A stretch of 64,000 nt of DNA from contig OX597834.1 in assembly GCA_951406725.2 (NCBI GenBank), forward strand, positions 29,512,001 to 29,576,000, read 5' to 3'. Of this stretch, positions 1-14,419 are shown piece after piece (within the stretch, counting starts at the first letter, position 1; each line of letters opens with the position of its first letter). This DNA comes from Octopus vulgaris. Taxonomy: Eukaryota. The notes beneath the pieces are model-generated. The model did no database searches. It had not been told where the DNA came from and saw nothing but the letters and a program-made list of their open reading frames with translations. The position numbers were made by a program, and so were the translations under genes.

Positions 1-86
1 GGGGGCAATTTGATCGACTAAAGGTGGTGCTCCAGCATGGCCACAGTCACATGACTGAAACAAGTAAAAGAGTAAAAGAGTGGTGA

Positions 87-139
<53 letters not shown>

Positions 140-928
140 TGTGTGTGTGTGTGTGTGTGTATTGAAATAGATATATACAAATATAGAAAGATGATAAAAA
201 GAGACTTCTAAGAACCTAATACAAAAGAAAACCAAAGAAAAACTATTAGGACAAGATAAAGGGAGAGAGAGAGAGAGAGATAGGGGGAGTGAAAGGGTGA
301 CTGATAGTGAGGGAAAACATGAGGGAGAGAGACGATGAGGAGAGAAAGGATGAGAGAGGGAGAGGGATGATTGGAGGATGGAGACAGAGGGGAACAAAGA
401 AAGCGACAAAAGAGAGATCTACTGGACTTCAGACTTAGCAGCAATAGTGACCAACCATAGTCGTGAGATTAGGAATAATTATACAGTATCAATGGCTTGT
501 TTTGTACAAGTTCTGCAAAATAGGAGGGTATTTTAGCAGATTAGGGATTTCAGAGAAAATCAAGTAGAAAGGGAGCCCAAAGTATCGGATATCTTGTAAT
601 TAGGGTTTTGTCCATTCGTTTCATTTCTGTCACTGACAAACCTTCTTTTGTCTTTCTGCCGTGCTTTACCTCTCTCAGGCCAGCTTTTTGGCTTTTCCAC
701 TCTTTGCTCTCCTCCTCCTCACCCTCTCTCTCTCTCTCTTTCTCTCTACTTACACTCATCCTCCCACCCCCACCCCACCCTACCTCCCCAACTACTACAG
801 CATCTCAACTGAAACAGCATCTATAATTTTTACATCTTTTCCTTCCTATTTCTCTCCCTATCACCTTCCTCTTCTTTTTTCTTTTTCCAACTCTCCTACT
901 TACTTGTCTATCTCTCTACACAATTATT

Positions 929-987
<59 letters not shown>

Positions 988-1149
988 ATATATATATATA
1001 TAATCAAAATAAGCAACAAGAATAACTCCGGTAATTTGGTACGATATATATATATAATCAATAATAATAAGGGTAAAATCAATTAATTAACTAGTAATTA
1101 ATAATTCCACCAAGTAGTATGTTAAAGGACCATTTTTCGGTAAACTTAA

Positions 1150-1376
<227 letters not shown>

Positions 1377-1377
1377 C

Positions 1378-1418
<41 letters not shown>

Positions 1419-1646
1419 CCTCCTCCTCCTCATCATCATCATCATTTAACATTCACTTTCCATGCTGGCATGGGTTGGATGGCTTGACATGAACTGACAA
1501 TACCAGGGGCTGCACTGGGTCCCACACTGTGCTTTGGCCTGGTTTCCATAGCCAGATGCCCTTTCTAATGTCAATGACATTACTGAGTGGGTCGGCTTCT
1601 GCCTGGCCAGCATCAGTCAAGCCCTGCATGGAAGGCAGACGTTGAT

Positions 1647-1677
<31 letters not shown>

Positions 1678-1774
1678 TTCTCCCCTTGTGCTCTTATGAT
1701 GTAATAATCTGGTTGTAATTTAATGTCAAATCTAATTATTCACAACACATCATCATCATCATCATCATCATCAC

Positions 1775-2152
1775 AGGCAAGTGTTTTCTACTGTAATCCC
1801 AGGGTGATCACGGGGCTTGCGAGTGAATATAGAAGGTGGAAACTGCATGGAAGCCTGTCATGTGCGTGCATGTGTGTGTGTGTGTGTGTGTGTGTGTGGT
1901 GAAAGGACATCATAAAATACAAAAGTACTGAAATCATCATCATCATCATTATAACCATCATCATTATCACTTCCACCACCACCATTACCATCATCACCCT
2001 CATCACTATCATCATCATCATCATTATTATTATTATTTTTATTATCATCATCATCATCATCATCATCATAAGCAAGTGTTTTCTACTGTAATCCCAGGCT
2101 GATCACGGGCTTGCGAGTGAATATAGAAGGTGGAAACTGCGTGGAAGCCTGT

Positions 2153-2184
<32 letters not shown>

Positions 2185-2700
2185 AGTGGTGAAAGGACAT
2201 CATAAAAGACAAAAGTACTGAAATCATCATCATCATCATTATAACCATCATCATTATCACTGCCACCACCACCATTACCATCATCACCCTCATCACTATC
2301 ATCATCATCATTACCATCATCACCCTCATCACTATCATCATCATCATTACCATCATCACCCTCATCATCATCATCATCATTATTATTTTTATTATTATCA
2401 TCATCATCATCATCATAAGCAAGTGTTTTCTACTGTAAACCCAGGCTGATCGCGGGCTTGTGAGTGAATATAGAAGGTGAAAACTGCGTGGAAGCCTGTC
2501 GTGTGTGTGCGCGTCTGTGTGTGTGTGTGTGGTGAAAGGACATCATAAAAGACAAAAGTACAGAAATCATCATCATCATCATTATAACCATCATCATTAC
2601 CAATGCCACCACCACCACCGTTACCATCATCATGATCCAACCACCCTCATCACCATCATCATCATCATCATTATTATTATTTTTATTATTATCACCACCA
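1775..2700. repeat. Local tandem triplication (units of about 300-350 bp) of a SINE A fragment plus (TG)n/(CAT)n
   Basis: gcaagtgttttctactgtaa at about 1777, 2072 and 2419, each followed by the same ordered blocks. Confidence 0.88.
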
Positions 2701-3514
2701 TCTTCGGAATGGGAGTGATACACAGGCCAATAAAGAGGGAACAAACAAACAATGGATGTGTCTTTTTTTTAAAAACCCCTTAAGAACAAAATAAATTGGC
2801 CCCATGCTAATGGCAGGCTAAACGCCCTGATAACTAATGGAGGAATAAATGAAGCAGAAAGGAAGTCTACTAGTTTGGGTTGTTGTTTGGTTATAAATCT
2901 GCCAGTCTTTGCATCAGTGGACAGCGATGGTGGTGGTGGCGGTGGTGGTGGTGGTGGTGGTGGTGGTGGCGGGGGGGGCGGATTTGGTGGTGGCGGTGGT
3001 GGTGGTGGTGGTGGTGGCGGCGGCGGCGGTGGTGGTGGTGGTGGCTATGGTGGTGGAGGTGGGGTGTGGCGGCAGTGGGGGGGCGGCGGGTGATGGTGGT
3101 GTGGTGGTGGTGGTGGTGGTGGCGAGACCGTAAGAACATTAAGGAATTGCTGTTGGCTAGGTGGTGGTGGCTGGCTAGAAACAGTAAAGGGGGGGGGCCT
3201 GGGTTTTTACATGGCTTTGCCTATGTAAGCTGTCTCATCGTCTTTCATCAGTTTCATGTATGGTCAGCAACCAGCAGCCAGGCATAACGGACAACAGAGA
3301 GAGAGAGAGAGAGAGAAAGGGGTGGGTGGGGTGGATGGTGGTAGTGCTGGTGGTTGAGAGAGGATACTGGGTGGGGATATGGAGGGGAGAACTCAATCGC
3401 GGGGGGGGGGGGATCAGCCCCCTCCCCCAGTAGCTTCCACTGAAGTCTCCAATGGGAGACTCAGCACTTCACATATAAATGGATACACACCTATGTCTGC
3501 AAACACACACAGAC

Positions 3515-3563
<49 letters not shown>

Positions 3564-3627
3564 ACATGCATACACACATGCATGCACGTGCGTGCAGTCC
3601 AGTTATGAGTTTGTTTGAAGCATTTGA

Positions 3628-3830
3628 GAATAATAATAATAATAATAATAATTGTGTACAGTGCTCAGGTGCACTACAACTCATCTAAAGTGTATATATA
3701 ATCAGGTGAAGTTTCGGCGGATTTCGGAAAGCATGAGGGCCTTAAAAGATGCAGTGTCATGGCAGTCAACAACTGACGCAGGCAGTTTATTCCATGCTTC
3801 AGCAACTCTGTTTGAAAATAAGTTGATTCT
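3628..3830 (-). mobile_element. CR1/L2-group LINE 3' fragment
   Basis: RINLFSNRVAEAWNKLPASVVDCHDTASFK (CR1-type ORF2 end), a short 3' UTR and an (ATT)n tail. Confidence 0.75.
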
Positions 3831-4239
3831 TAAAGAAGTCCAAATGCCAACAACACAGCTCGTCAAATACAGGTAAAAATATTTGGTAAATATACTCCTT
3901 CGATGGAAAAACTTGGACAGAACCACCAACAGGAACTGAACAGCATGTCTGTAAACCAGACAGCCATCATAAACCTTTCTCTGTCTCTCTCTCTCTCTCT
4001 CATCCCCTCTCTCTCTCTCTCTCTCTCTTGCCTGTGTAGCACCTTGGGCAAGTATCTTTACTTGGCTGCATGGTATCTAGGGTGGATATCTTCTAATGTA
4101 GCCTCAGGCTGACCAAAGCTTTGTGAGTGGCGTAGCATGGTAAATTCCATTGTCTCGACCACGGTTGAACAATGATGATGATGATGATGATGGATTTGGT
4201 AGATGGAAATTGAAAGAAGCCTATCGTGTGTGTATATAT

Positions 4240-4285
<46 letters not shown>

Positions 4286-4599
4286 ACACACACATTTGTA
4301 TTTGTGCTTGCATTTGTCCCCTACCACCACTTAACAACTGGTGTTGGTGTGTTTACAACCCCTTAACTTGGCAGTTCATCAAAAGGGACTGATAGAGTAA
4401 GTAAGTACCAGGCTTGAAAAAATTTTACTGGTGTCAATTCATTCCGACTAAAATTCCTCAAGTCACTGCCCCAGCATGGCCACAGTCTGCGAGTGAGTGG
4501 ACAAATGAAAGAAAAAGGTACTCAACACATTTAGCAGTAGCCACATGCATTGTTGAAAATAGTTTGATTCAGCTCCATGCCTCCCCACAGAAATTCATC

Positions 4600-4922
4600 T
4601 CTTTCAGGCTTTGAATACTCGAAAGAGCTGTTCTTCACTCCTGAGTGTCGGCTGCGGGGTCACTCCGAAAAGCTCTATCTGCGACGATTTCATCTCAATC
4701 GAAGGAGAGGGGCTTTCTCCGTCCGGGTTGCGGATCCGTGGAATAAGCTGCCGGACGAGATAGTGAAGATGCCTATGACCGCTCGGTTCAAAGTCTCTCT
4801 TGACCAGAAATGGCTTGAACTCTTTGCATGAACACCACCCTGTACATAACTCCATGTCCCCCTACATGGCCTTGCTTTTTGCTTTTTAAGCCAAAAATTA
4901 ACTTAACTTAACTTAACTTACT
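4600..4922 (+). mobile_element. CR1 LINE 3' fragment
   Basis: RLRGHSEKLYLRRFHLNRRRGAFSVRVADPWNKLPDEIVKMPMTARFKVSLD, a 3' UTR and a (TTAAC)n tail. Confidence 0.85.
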
Positions 4923-5059
4923 GTAAAGCCTGGAAGAGGTGTATTTCTGTTGAAGGTTGGTAAGTCACACAGGGTCAAATCAAGCTGTTTTAAAAACATA
5001 TATATATATATATATATCTGGCAGTGTCAGCTATAGCCTAGTCACCTGTATTGTTAACC

Positions 5060-5385
5060 AGGTGATACATGAAGGTGTCATACCCAATGACTGGTGTAGC
5101 AGCACCATAGTCAACTGATACAAAGGTAAAGGTGATGCATTTGATACAAATAATTACAGAGGTATCAAGCTGTTGGATCAGGTAATGAAAGTCGCGGAGA
5201 GGGTCATAGCCCAACTAATTAGGGAGAGAGTCAGTTTACGCAAGATGCAGTTTGGGTTCGTGCCAAGGAAAAGCACCACTGATGCTATATATTTGTGGTA
5301 AGACAGCTGCAGGAGAAGTACCTAGCCAAAGATAAACCACTGTACCTGGCTTTTGCTGATATGGAGAAAGCCTTTGACAGGGTGA
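5060..5385 (+). mobile_element. RTE-clade LINE reverse transcriptase fragment (pseudogenic)
   Basis: KGKGDAFDTNNYRGIKLLDQVMKVAERVIAQLIRERVSLRKMQFGFVPRKSTTDA...RQLQEKYLAKDKPLYLAFADMEKAFDRV, with stops/frameshift. Confidence 0.85.
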
Positions 5386-5605
5386 TATTGGCAGTGATGT
5401 GAACAACAGTGATGATGATAATCAGAATAAGGACAATGACTGCAATGATGATGATGAAGGGGATAAGGAAGGCGGTGGTGGTAGTGGTGGTGGTGGTGGT
5501 GGTGGTGGTGACTATAATGTGTGGGTGTGCATGTGACTTGGAGTTTAGGTGCTTGAATGACAAAAGACAAGAAATGAAAGAGAGAGAGAGAGAGATAAAG
5601 AAGGT

Positions 5606-5666
<61 letters not shown>

Positions 5667-5858
5667 GATGATGATGATGATGATGATAATGATGATGATG
5701 ATAGTCGTACATGTAGTGACACAGTGTGTTGGGGTTGTGTTAAGTGGAAGTTGGGATGCAAAACCCCCGCGATCCTATTATTAATGCAATGAACAGCTTT
5801 GAAAAGGAAAATTCACTGGATTAAATGCAATAAACTAGCTCCGGAGAAATCTGAAGAG

Positions 5859-5952
<94 letters not shown>

Positions 5953-5993
5953 AACACACACACACACACACACAAACATACACACACGCTCAA

Positions 5994-6024
<31 letters not shown>

Positions 6025-6525
6025 CTCTCTCTCTCTCTCTCACAGATGTAAAATCTTAAGACAAACACATACACACCACCACTACCACCACCACCACCAC
6101 TGCTGCCCGCACCACAATTCTTAGGCAAGTGGATTAGTTGAAATATAGCAGCAAATTCGTTCCACCTCTTTATAATTCTGAGTTCAAATCTTCCTGAGGT
6201 TAACTATATTTCTTCCTTCCAGGATTAATAAAATATATACCAGTTATATACTGAGGCTGACATGAACTTAATCCTTCCCATGCTTTTCTGCATTGTGTTC
6301 ATGCTAGAAATTGTTATCATTAGTAGTAATAAGGCACTGAGCTGACCAAATTCTTAGAGGATTGGACAAAAGGTTTAACAGGATTTCTTCCAAGTTCCAA
6401 TTCCACCAAGCTCATCCTTTACATCCTTTCAGTTGAGCACTAGGCTTGATGTAAATAACTAACCCTCTCTCCCTAATATTGCTAGCTTCGTGTCTAATTT
6501 TAAAATTATTATTATTATTATTATT

Positions 6526-6928
6526 CAGCCTCGTCTGGCACCTGTGTCGGTGGCACATAAAAAACACCATCCGAGCGTGGCCGTCTGCCAGCCTCGTCTG
6601 GCACCTGTGTCGGTGGCACATAAAAAACACCATCCGAGCGTGGCCGTCTGCCAGCCTCGTCTGGCACCTGTGTCGGTGGCACATAAAAAACACCATCCGA
6701 GCGTGGCCGTCTGCCAGCCTCGTCTGGCACCTGTGTCGGTGGCACATAAAATCACCCACTACACTCTCGGAGTGGTTGGCGTTAGGAAGGGCATCCAGCT
6801 GTAGAAACACTGCCACATCTGACTGGCCTGGTGCAGCCTTCGGGCTTCCCAGACCCCAGTTGAACCGTCCAACCCATGCTAGCATGGAAAGCGGACGTTA
6901 AACGATGATGATGATGATGATGATGATG

Positions 6929-6930
<2 letters not shown>
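6526..6930 (+). mobile_element. (ATG)n-tailed retroposon family B (SINE or LINE 3' end) with an internal 63-bp tandem amplification
   Basis: Tail ...ggaagggcatccagctgtagaaac...aacccatgctagcatggaaagcggacgttaaacg(atg)n. Other copies at about 1430-1675, 10596-10910, 11757-11845, 20334-20580, 24970-25435, 32084-32293, 41427-41525, 44740-44905, 51340-51855 and 63495-63700. Confidence 0.78.
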
Positions 6931-6957
<27 letters not shown>

Positions 6958-6959
<2 letters not shown>

Positions 6960-7256
6960 GTTTGACTTTTGCTTTGTATTTGTACAAGTTGGCTCCAAGT
7001 CTCACCCAGAGACCTCAAGAGACAACAAGTTAGAAGTTCATGTTGGTGTTATGCTTACGGTGCCATATATTTGGTTTTGTACATAGAATTGTTCTAGAGA
7101 ATGTTTAAGAAACCATAACAAAATTGTGTTTGTTTTAAAACTTGAGATTACATAGAAAGTATTTTACGCAGGAGATGGGCAGTTCCCATGAACACTATCT
7201 TTTGAATTTCTGCCGTTTTGGAGTTTCCTGGTATCTGAACCAAGTAGGAATCAGCC
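6958..7256 (-). mobile_element. 5'-truncated R4/Dong-like (restriction-like endonuclease) non-LTR retrotransposon
   Basis: Minus-strand 7255-7148 reads ADSYLVQIPGNSKTAEIQKIVFMGTAHLLRKILSM*, resembling the C-terminal IQK..L.GTA.ILR motif of RLE elements. A 3' UTR follows, and both flanks are (TAA)n. Confidence 0.62.
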
Positions 7257-7411
7257 TTATTATTATTATCATTATTATTATTATTATTGTTATTATTATT
7301 ATTATAATAATTATTATTATTATTATTATTATTTTTTTTTGCTATTATTATTATTATTATTTTTGCTATCAGGTATCTGAGCTAGGTAGGAATCAGCCTT
7401 ATTATTATTAA

Positions 7412-7448
<37 letters not shown>

Positions 7449-7987
7449 GATTGATTGATTGATTGATTGATTGCCTGAGAGAACCATTAGTAATTCTGAC
7501 AAAATGCTTAGAGACATTTCTTATTTCTTCTGGTCCTTTGTGTTCTGAGTGCAAATACCACTGAAGCTCACTTTGCCTTTCATTCTTTTGGGGGTCAATA
7601 AAATAAGGACCAGTGAAGTACTGGGGGTCAATGTAATTGACTAACCCTTTTCCCCCTTAAATGGCTGGTATTGTGCCAAACTTAGAAAGAAAAAATTTTT
7701 TTATAAGTTTTAAATTGTGTCTTTATTTTCTAATAAACTCTGCAGAATTATTCTTAATTATCATGTTACCCGAATCGTTCAAATTGTAAAGTAATTTATG
7801 GACAGACACCCTGTGTGTATGTGAGCACACGCACACACACACACACACACACACGCTAATACTATTATTACTACTTTTTAATACACACACAACATCGTAA
7901 AGCTTAGGGTTAATCATTAATTCATTAATACAACTATTACAATTACTAAATGCAGACACTACATAATGTCATCATAAACACCATCAT

Positions 7988-8035
<48 letters not shown>

Positions 8036-8290
8036 CATTGTCGTTATTATTTCCTTGTCTTCCCTCTCTTCCCACCCTCTTCCACTGCTCCCACCACAAC
8101 CATTGCTACTTTCGCTGCTGCAGCTTAGAGGGGTGTTGGGCACATTGGAAGCATGGGGGGGGGATGGGGGGGGGGAAATGAGCGAGGGCTGCTGACCTTA
8201 TGAATCATATTAAGATGGATAATCTCACCTGGCAAAGAAACAGGACTGTGTTTAAAAGAAAATTATAAAAAGAAAAAAAAAAAGAAACAA

Positions 8291-8325
<35 letters not shown>

Positions 8326-8373
8326 AAGAAAGGAAGAAAGATAGGAAAACAAAATGTCTTAACCATAAATATA

Positions 8374-8528
<155 letters not shown>

Positions 8529-9379
8529 TTCATTATTCCACCTACATCTCCATTTTCATTACATATCTAAAAGAATGATTCCGAATCTATCGTAATGGTT
8601 TCTTTTATTGGTTCACGACCATCCAAGGCTGCAAGACTGTCAGCCGAAAAGACTTTGGGAGAGAAAACTTAAGACGGAGAAATACATACAACAGCGCAGA
8701 GGATTTACATGGAATAAAAATGGGGAAACCAACAATAATAATAGCAATGGCAGGAGAAATAGAAGGAGAGGAAGAAGAAGAAGGAGAGGAAGGAGGAGGA
8801 GGAGGAGAAGAAGAAGAAGAAGAAGAAGAAGAAGAAGAAGGAGAAGAAGAAGAAGAAGAAGAAGAATGAGAAGAAGAAGAATGAGAAGAAGAAGAAGAAG
8901 AAGAAGAAGAAGAAGAAGAATGAGAAGAAGAAGAAGGAGGAGGAGGAGGATAGAAAGAAGAACAAGAAGAGGAGAAGGAGGAGGAGAAGGGGGCAATAAT
9001 GTCATTTTAAGGGAGAAAACAATATTATAATCATCATGATCATCATCATCATGATCATCATAAAGCAATTATTATTTTTACAAAAGAAAATAAAGTAACA
9101 ATTATTTTCCTTCCCCCACCTTATCACTTTTCCTTTCTTTTTCTTTTTTTTTCTTCTTTTCTTTTTCTTTTCTTTTCTTTCTTTTTTTTTTTTCAATAAA
9201 CATTTCAACATGTCTTAATAGGTCATATGACAAACTGTGTGTAAAAAGGGGAGATTTTTGGAGGTCTCACTCCCATCATTGCTTGGGTGGCTTGCGAGGG
9301 GGGGGGGAATGGTGCCGAGGGGGGTGGTTAGAGGATGTAGAGAAGGAAGAAAGAGAAATGGAAGGAGCTAATGTGTGTG

Positions 9380-9414
<35 letters not shown>

Positions 9415-9697
9415 GTTGACGGGGATGGTACAGGGTTTATTGCAATGGGGATTGATCTGGAAAGGGATGGGATGTCTAAAGATTTCATTGCTAACTATTA
9501 TTGGATTAAAAGATTTTCTGACGAAAATGTGTGTGTATGTATGAATGTCAGTATCAATGTATTTATGCATGTGTGTGTGTGTGTGTATATATATATGCAT
9601 GCGTACAGACTTAGGCATACATATGTGTATGCATATAAACACACATGTATGTATGTTAGTGCATGTGTACATATTTATGTATGTGTACATATCTATC

Positions 9698-9743
<46 letters not shown>

Positions 9744-9974
9744 ATTGTGTATGTGCATGCATACATATCTATCTGTATATGTGTGAGTGTGTGTGTGAGT
9801 GTGTGTGTGTGTGTGTGTGTGAGTGTGTGTGCATGTGTGTGTGTGTGTGTGTGTAATAATGAATCTCTAACTGCATGTAGAAATAATGTTGTCACACGCA
9901 TGTCCATTTTGTTCTAACCTTAATATTTCTTGGCTGTCTGTGAGATTATTTCCACTTTTCCTTTATCATTCTGA

Positions 9975-10007
<33 letters not shown>

Positions 10008-10537
10008 CACCTTGTATGTATGTATCTATAAATCTATCTATCTACACTAAATATTTATATCTATATATGTGTGATTGTGTGTATGTCTATATATCTAACA
10101 CTGCTTTTGTTGCACATAGCATATATATATATATATATATATACATATATAAAATACATTTTCTTTATCTAATAGCATTACACATGATACAACTTGTTAT
10201 ATGCACACATGCATACATTCATAAATACACACAGTCATATGTACAAACATTTGTGTGTGTGTGTTTCTTTCAGATTATGTTTCTAAAGCAATTTCAAGAA
10301 TAGCAACATGATGTTTACTGAAAATGTGACTCAATCCTAAAAGTAGAGTCGGACACACAGAGTTCTTTTTGACGGGGTTTTTAAGCTTGATGGGTTTTTT
10401 TCGTTCCACCAATTCTAGTTAAAGAAGCCATCAAGCAAGATTTCTTATATAAAGAATCGTTATATATGTGTTTGTGTATCAATATAAAGAGAAATGCCTG
10501 TATAAATATGAGAAGGAAATAAATCCACAGTGATTAA

Positions 10538-11052
10538 CCCTTTCGTTACTGTATTTATTTTGAGATGCACTGTGTTTCTTTCAATTAATTTTAAATCATC
10601 ATCATCATCATCATCATCATCGTTTAACGTCCGTTTTCCATGCTAGCATGGGTTGGACGGTTCAACTGGGGTCTGGGAAGCCAGTAGGCTGCGCCAGGCC
10701 CAGTCTGATCTGGCAGTGTTTCTACAGCTGGATGCCCTTCCTAACGCCAACCACTCCGCGAGTGTACTAGGTGCTTTTTACGTGCCACCGACACAGGTGC
10801 CAGACGAGGCTGGCAAACAGCCACGATCGGATGGTGCTTTTTATGTGCCACCAGCACGGAGGCCAGGCAAGGCTGGCAATGGCCACAATCGGATGGTGCT
10901 TTTTACGTGCCAACTTAGTTATCATTCAGCTAGTGTTAGGAACATAAAATGTGACTACGGTTTGGTGGAAGATTTTAATTCAAAACTTATGAAAACAAGA
11001 CATTTGTACCTCAGAGCCAGAGCCGGTTTCAGCCGGGTTGGTAACGAAAGGG
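10538..11052. mobile_element. piggyBac-type MITE with a nested SINE-like insertion
   Basis: Perfect 12-bp TIRs CCCTTTCGTTAC / GTAACGAAAGGG flanked by TTAA at 10534-37 and 11053-56. It is interrupted by an (ATG)n-tailed repeat at about 10596-10910. Confidence 0.82.
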
Positions 11053-11712
11053 TTAAAGATTTCAATTTATAACAGGTTGTTAAACTGCAACTCCTGACTG
11101 CCTGTGAAACCAGTTGGAATCAACTTGTATTTATGATTTGATTGGCTAAAATGATCATTTAGAGTAACATATTTAGAATATATACATACATACACTTGCA
11201 CACACTTAGATATCAACATCATCATCATCAGCCCCTCTATTTACATTACTGTGTCTCAGGTCCTAGAATCTCATAGGGGCAATTACCTGACTTATATGAC
11301 ATTTAAGGGATCAAGATCACAACTTTAGCCCTTAAGGGGACTCCGTTTCTTCACAGGGTTTACAACTGAATGAAATGGAGCCACATGAAATGAAGTGTTT
11401 TGCTTAATGTATTGCTGGTCTGGGAATTGAAACCACCAACTTGCAGTTGTGAGTGCGACATCCAAACCATTAGGTCATACACCTTCAGTATATATATATA
11501 TATATATATATATAAGGCCGCGAGCTGGCAGAAAAGTTAGCATTTCGGGCGAAATACTTAGTGGTATTTCAGCTGCCATTACGTTCTGAGTTCATCCTTT
11601 TGGGGTCGATAAATTAAGTACCAGTTACACACTGGGTTCGATGTAACCGACTTAAGCTCTTTGTCTGTCCTTGTTTGTCCCCTCTATGTTTAGCCCCTCG
11701 TGGGCAATAGAG

Positions 11713-11759
<47 letters not shown>

Positions 11760-12270
11760 TCATCATCATTTAACGTCCGTTTTCCATGCTAGCATAGGTT
11801 GGACGGTTCGACTGGGGTCTGGTAAGCCATGGAGGCTGCACCAGGTTATATATACACATATATATAATCTCAAATGTAATCTCATATACATGGAGATATT
11901 TTGCAGGTTTTTATGCAATTCCTATCAAAGGAATTTCAGTCATTACATCTTTGGTCAATTCACATCACTAAAAGAAGAAAGTCGTAGGCCGAGGTGCCAC
12001 GCTGCAGAATTGAACCAGAGACCACATCGTTGATTTAAAAGGAACTTCTAATCATAATCACACAGCCGTATGCCAACATGGCACTACGGGGATAATTACT
12101 TATTCAATAATTTCTTAACTTCACCCTAGCTGCATGCAGTCAAACCTTTTACCGGAACAAGTCAAGGAGCATAATAGATAAAATTTCATCTTTTTACATA
12201 TGCGTGTACGTGTGTGTGTATGCGCGTGTGTATGTGTGTGCATGTGTATGTGTATGTTTGTGTGTGTGTA

Positions 12271-12301
<31 letters not shown>

Positions 12302-12434
12302 TTATGTATGCGTGTGTCTTACTAGTCATATTGATCATGGTGGTTGTAGTGGTGGTAGTATTGGTGGTGGTGGTTTTTCAGAGTTGAATTTGGTTCTGTT
12401 GGCTTCCTTTTTACTTCTCTTTTACGTAAGAAAT

Positions 12435-12504
<70 letters not shown>

Positions 12505-13802
12505 CACCACCACCACTACTATACTGGTTTTGATTCTTTGGTTGCTCATAAGGGTGGCATCTTTATTTGAATGTGTGTATACATGCATGTACGTATGTAT
12601 GTGTGTATGTGTGTACATATGTATGTAGGTATGTATGCATTTGTGTGTGTATATAAGTATGTATATATGCTATATAAGTATGTATATATGCTATATATGT
12701 ATGCATATATGCTATATATGTATGCATATGTCTATGTATGTATGTATGTATGTATGTGTGTATGTGTGTACATATGTATGTAGGTATGTATGCATTTGTG
12801 TGTGTATATAAGTATGTATATATGTTATATATGTATGTACATATGTATGTATGTATGTATGTATGCATACATGTGTATGTATGTATGTATGTATGTGTGT
12901 GTAGTTATGTATGTGCCTTGCTGTGCAGCCAAAGAGATTGCAGAAGTGCGAAAAAAGATCTCCCGCTATCCTCTACCGAGGAAACGCCAAAGCTTAAAAC
13001 CTGTTGATGAAATGCGATCCCGCAGAGACTTTCACAGCCAATTAACAACTGATTCAGCAACACAAACAAACAGGAAAATGGTTCTAGAGAATCAATGAAA
13101 AGACTTTAATACCAGGCAAGACAGGGTTCTTTCTATTCTGGCAACAAAACTGCACTCAAGTTTCACTGGAGAATAAATACGGTTAGCATAAGAGAAACAA
13201 AAGGAAAATGAGGTGGAGGGGGGTTGAGAGAAAAGAAGAGATAAATGGTGAAGAAGAAAAAAAAAAGAAGAGGGAGAGAAAATGGGGGAAAATGAAAGAA
13301 ATAATGAAAGGAAGAGAGAAAGAAAGAAAGAACAAAAGAGAAGAAGGGAAAGCGAAAGAAAGAAAGAAATGAAAGAAGGAAGAAAGAAAAGAAAATGGCC
13401 AGCTTCAACTGTCTTGCAAGATGAAAGAATGTCAAAGAAATTGCAAATTTACAATGGTTGTAATAATTATTATCAGCAAGATTTGTGGCCAGTGGTGGTG
13501 GTCGTGGTTGTGATGATGGTGTTGGGGGAGCAGTGGTGGTGACGTGACGACGGTGGTGATTTTGGTGATGGTGGAGTTTGTCTTTGTCGTCATCATTGAT
13601 AATCATTGTGATGGTGGTGGTGGTGCTGATGATGATGATGGTGCTGGTGGTGGTGGTGGTGGCGGTGGTGGTCATCATCTCCATTGGACGAGAAGGTCGA
13701 GGCAGAAGAGAAGGAAAGAAAGAATCGGAGAAAACAAGAAACCAAACCAAACCAGAGAAGGTAAAGAGATCCTCTCTCGAAACAACATAAATTGGTGATT
13801 CA

Positions 13803-13907
13803 AAGGAAGAAAGTAAGAAAGGAAAGAAGGAAGGAAGGAAGGAAGGAAGGAAGGAAGGAAGGAAGGAAGGAAGGAAGGAAGGAAGGAAGGAAGGAAGGAA
13901 GGAAGAA

Positions 13908-13953
<46 letters not shown>

Positions 13954-14030
13954 ATGAATGAAAGGAAGGAAGGAAGGAAGGAAGAAAAAGAAAGGAAAGA
14001 AGGAAGGAAGGAAGGAAGGAAGGAAGGAAG

Positions 14031-14061
<31 letters not shown>

Positions 14062-14166
14062 AGGAAAAGAAAGGAAGGAAAGAAAGAAAGAAAGAAAGAA
14101 AGGAAAGAAGGAAGAAGGAAGGAAAAGAAAGAAGAAGAAAGAAGGAAGGAAGGAAGGAAGGAAGGA

Positions 14167-14225
<59 letters not shown>

Positions 14226-14232
14226 GAAAAGA
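13803..14232 (+). repeat. About 430-bp polypurine (GGAA)n/(GAAA)n tract
   Basis: Almost exclusively A/G on the plus strand. Confidence 0.92.
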
Positions 14233-14419
14233 ATAAAGTTCATATTTTCTTCAGTTATAAAAAAAAATCATGAATCTTTAGAAATGAGACAAATGTTCTC
14301 CACATGACCACCAAAACTGGTAGAAATAGTAGCCGAACCACCTTTAATTGACACTGAGTAGTTATAAATAAGGAAAAGACACATTAAGTAATGTAGTTCT
14401 TAGATATACTGTGGTATAT

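Noticed and set aside
2928-3125. G-rich (GGT)n tract as a glycine-rich protein exon or functional G-quadruplex (also 26300-26720)
   Set aside because: Ordinary trinucleotide microsatellite, common throughout the window; nothing beyond composition supports function.
6526-6750. CRISPR-like appearance of the regular repeats (also 45836-46240 and 58077-58630)
   Set aside because: Units are contiguous with no unique spacers, there are no cas genes, and the context is eukaryotic.
10385-10436. gcttgatgg...ccatcaagc hairpin as a pre-miRNA
   Set aside because: Stem is only about 15 bp with a large loop and no basal extension.
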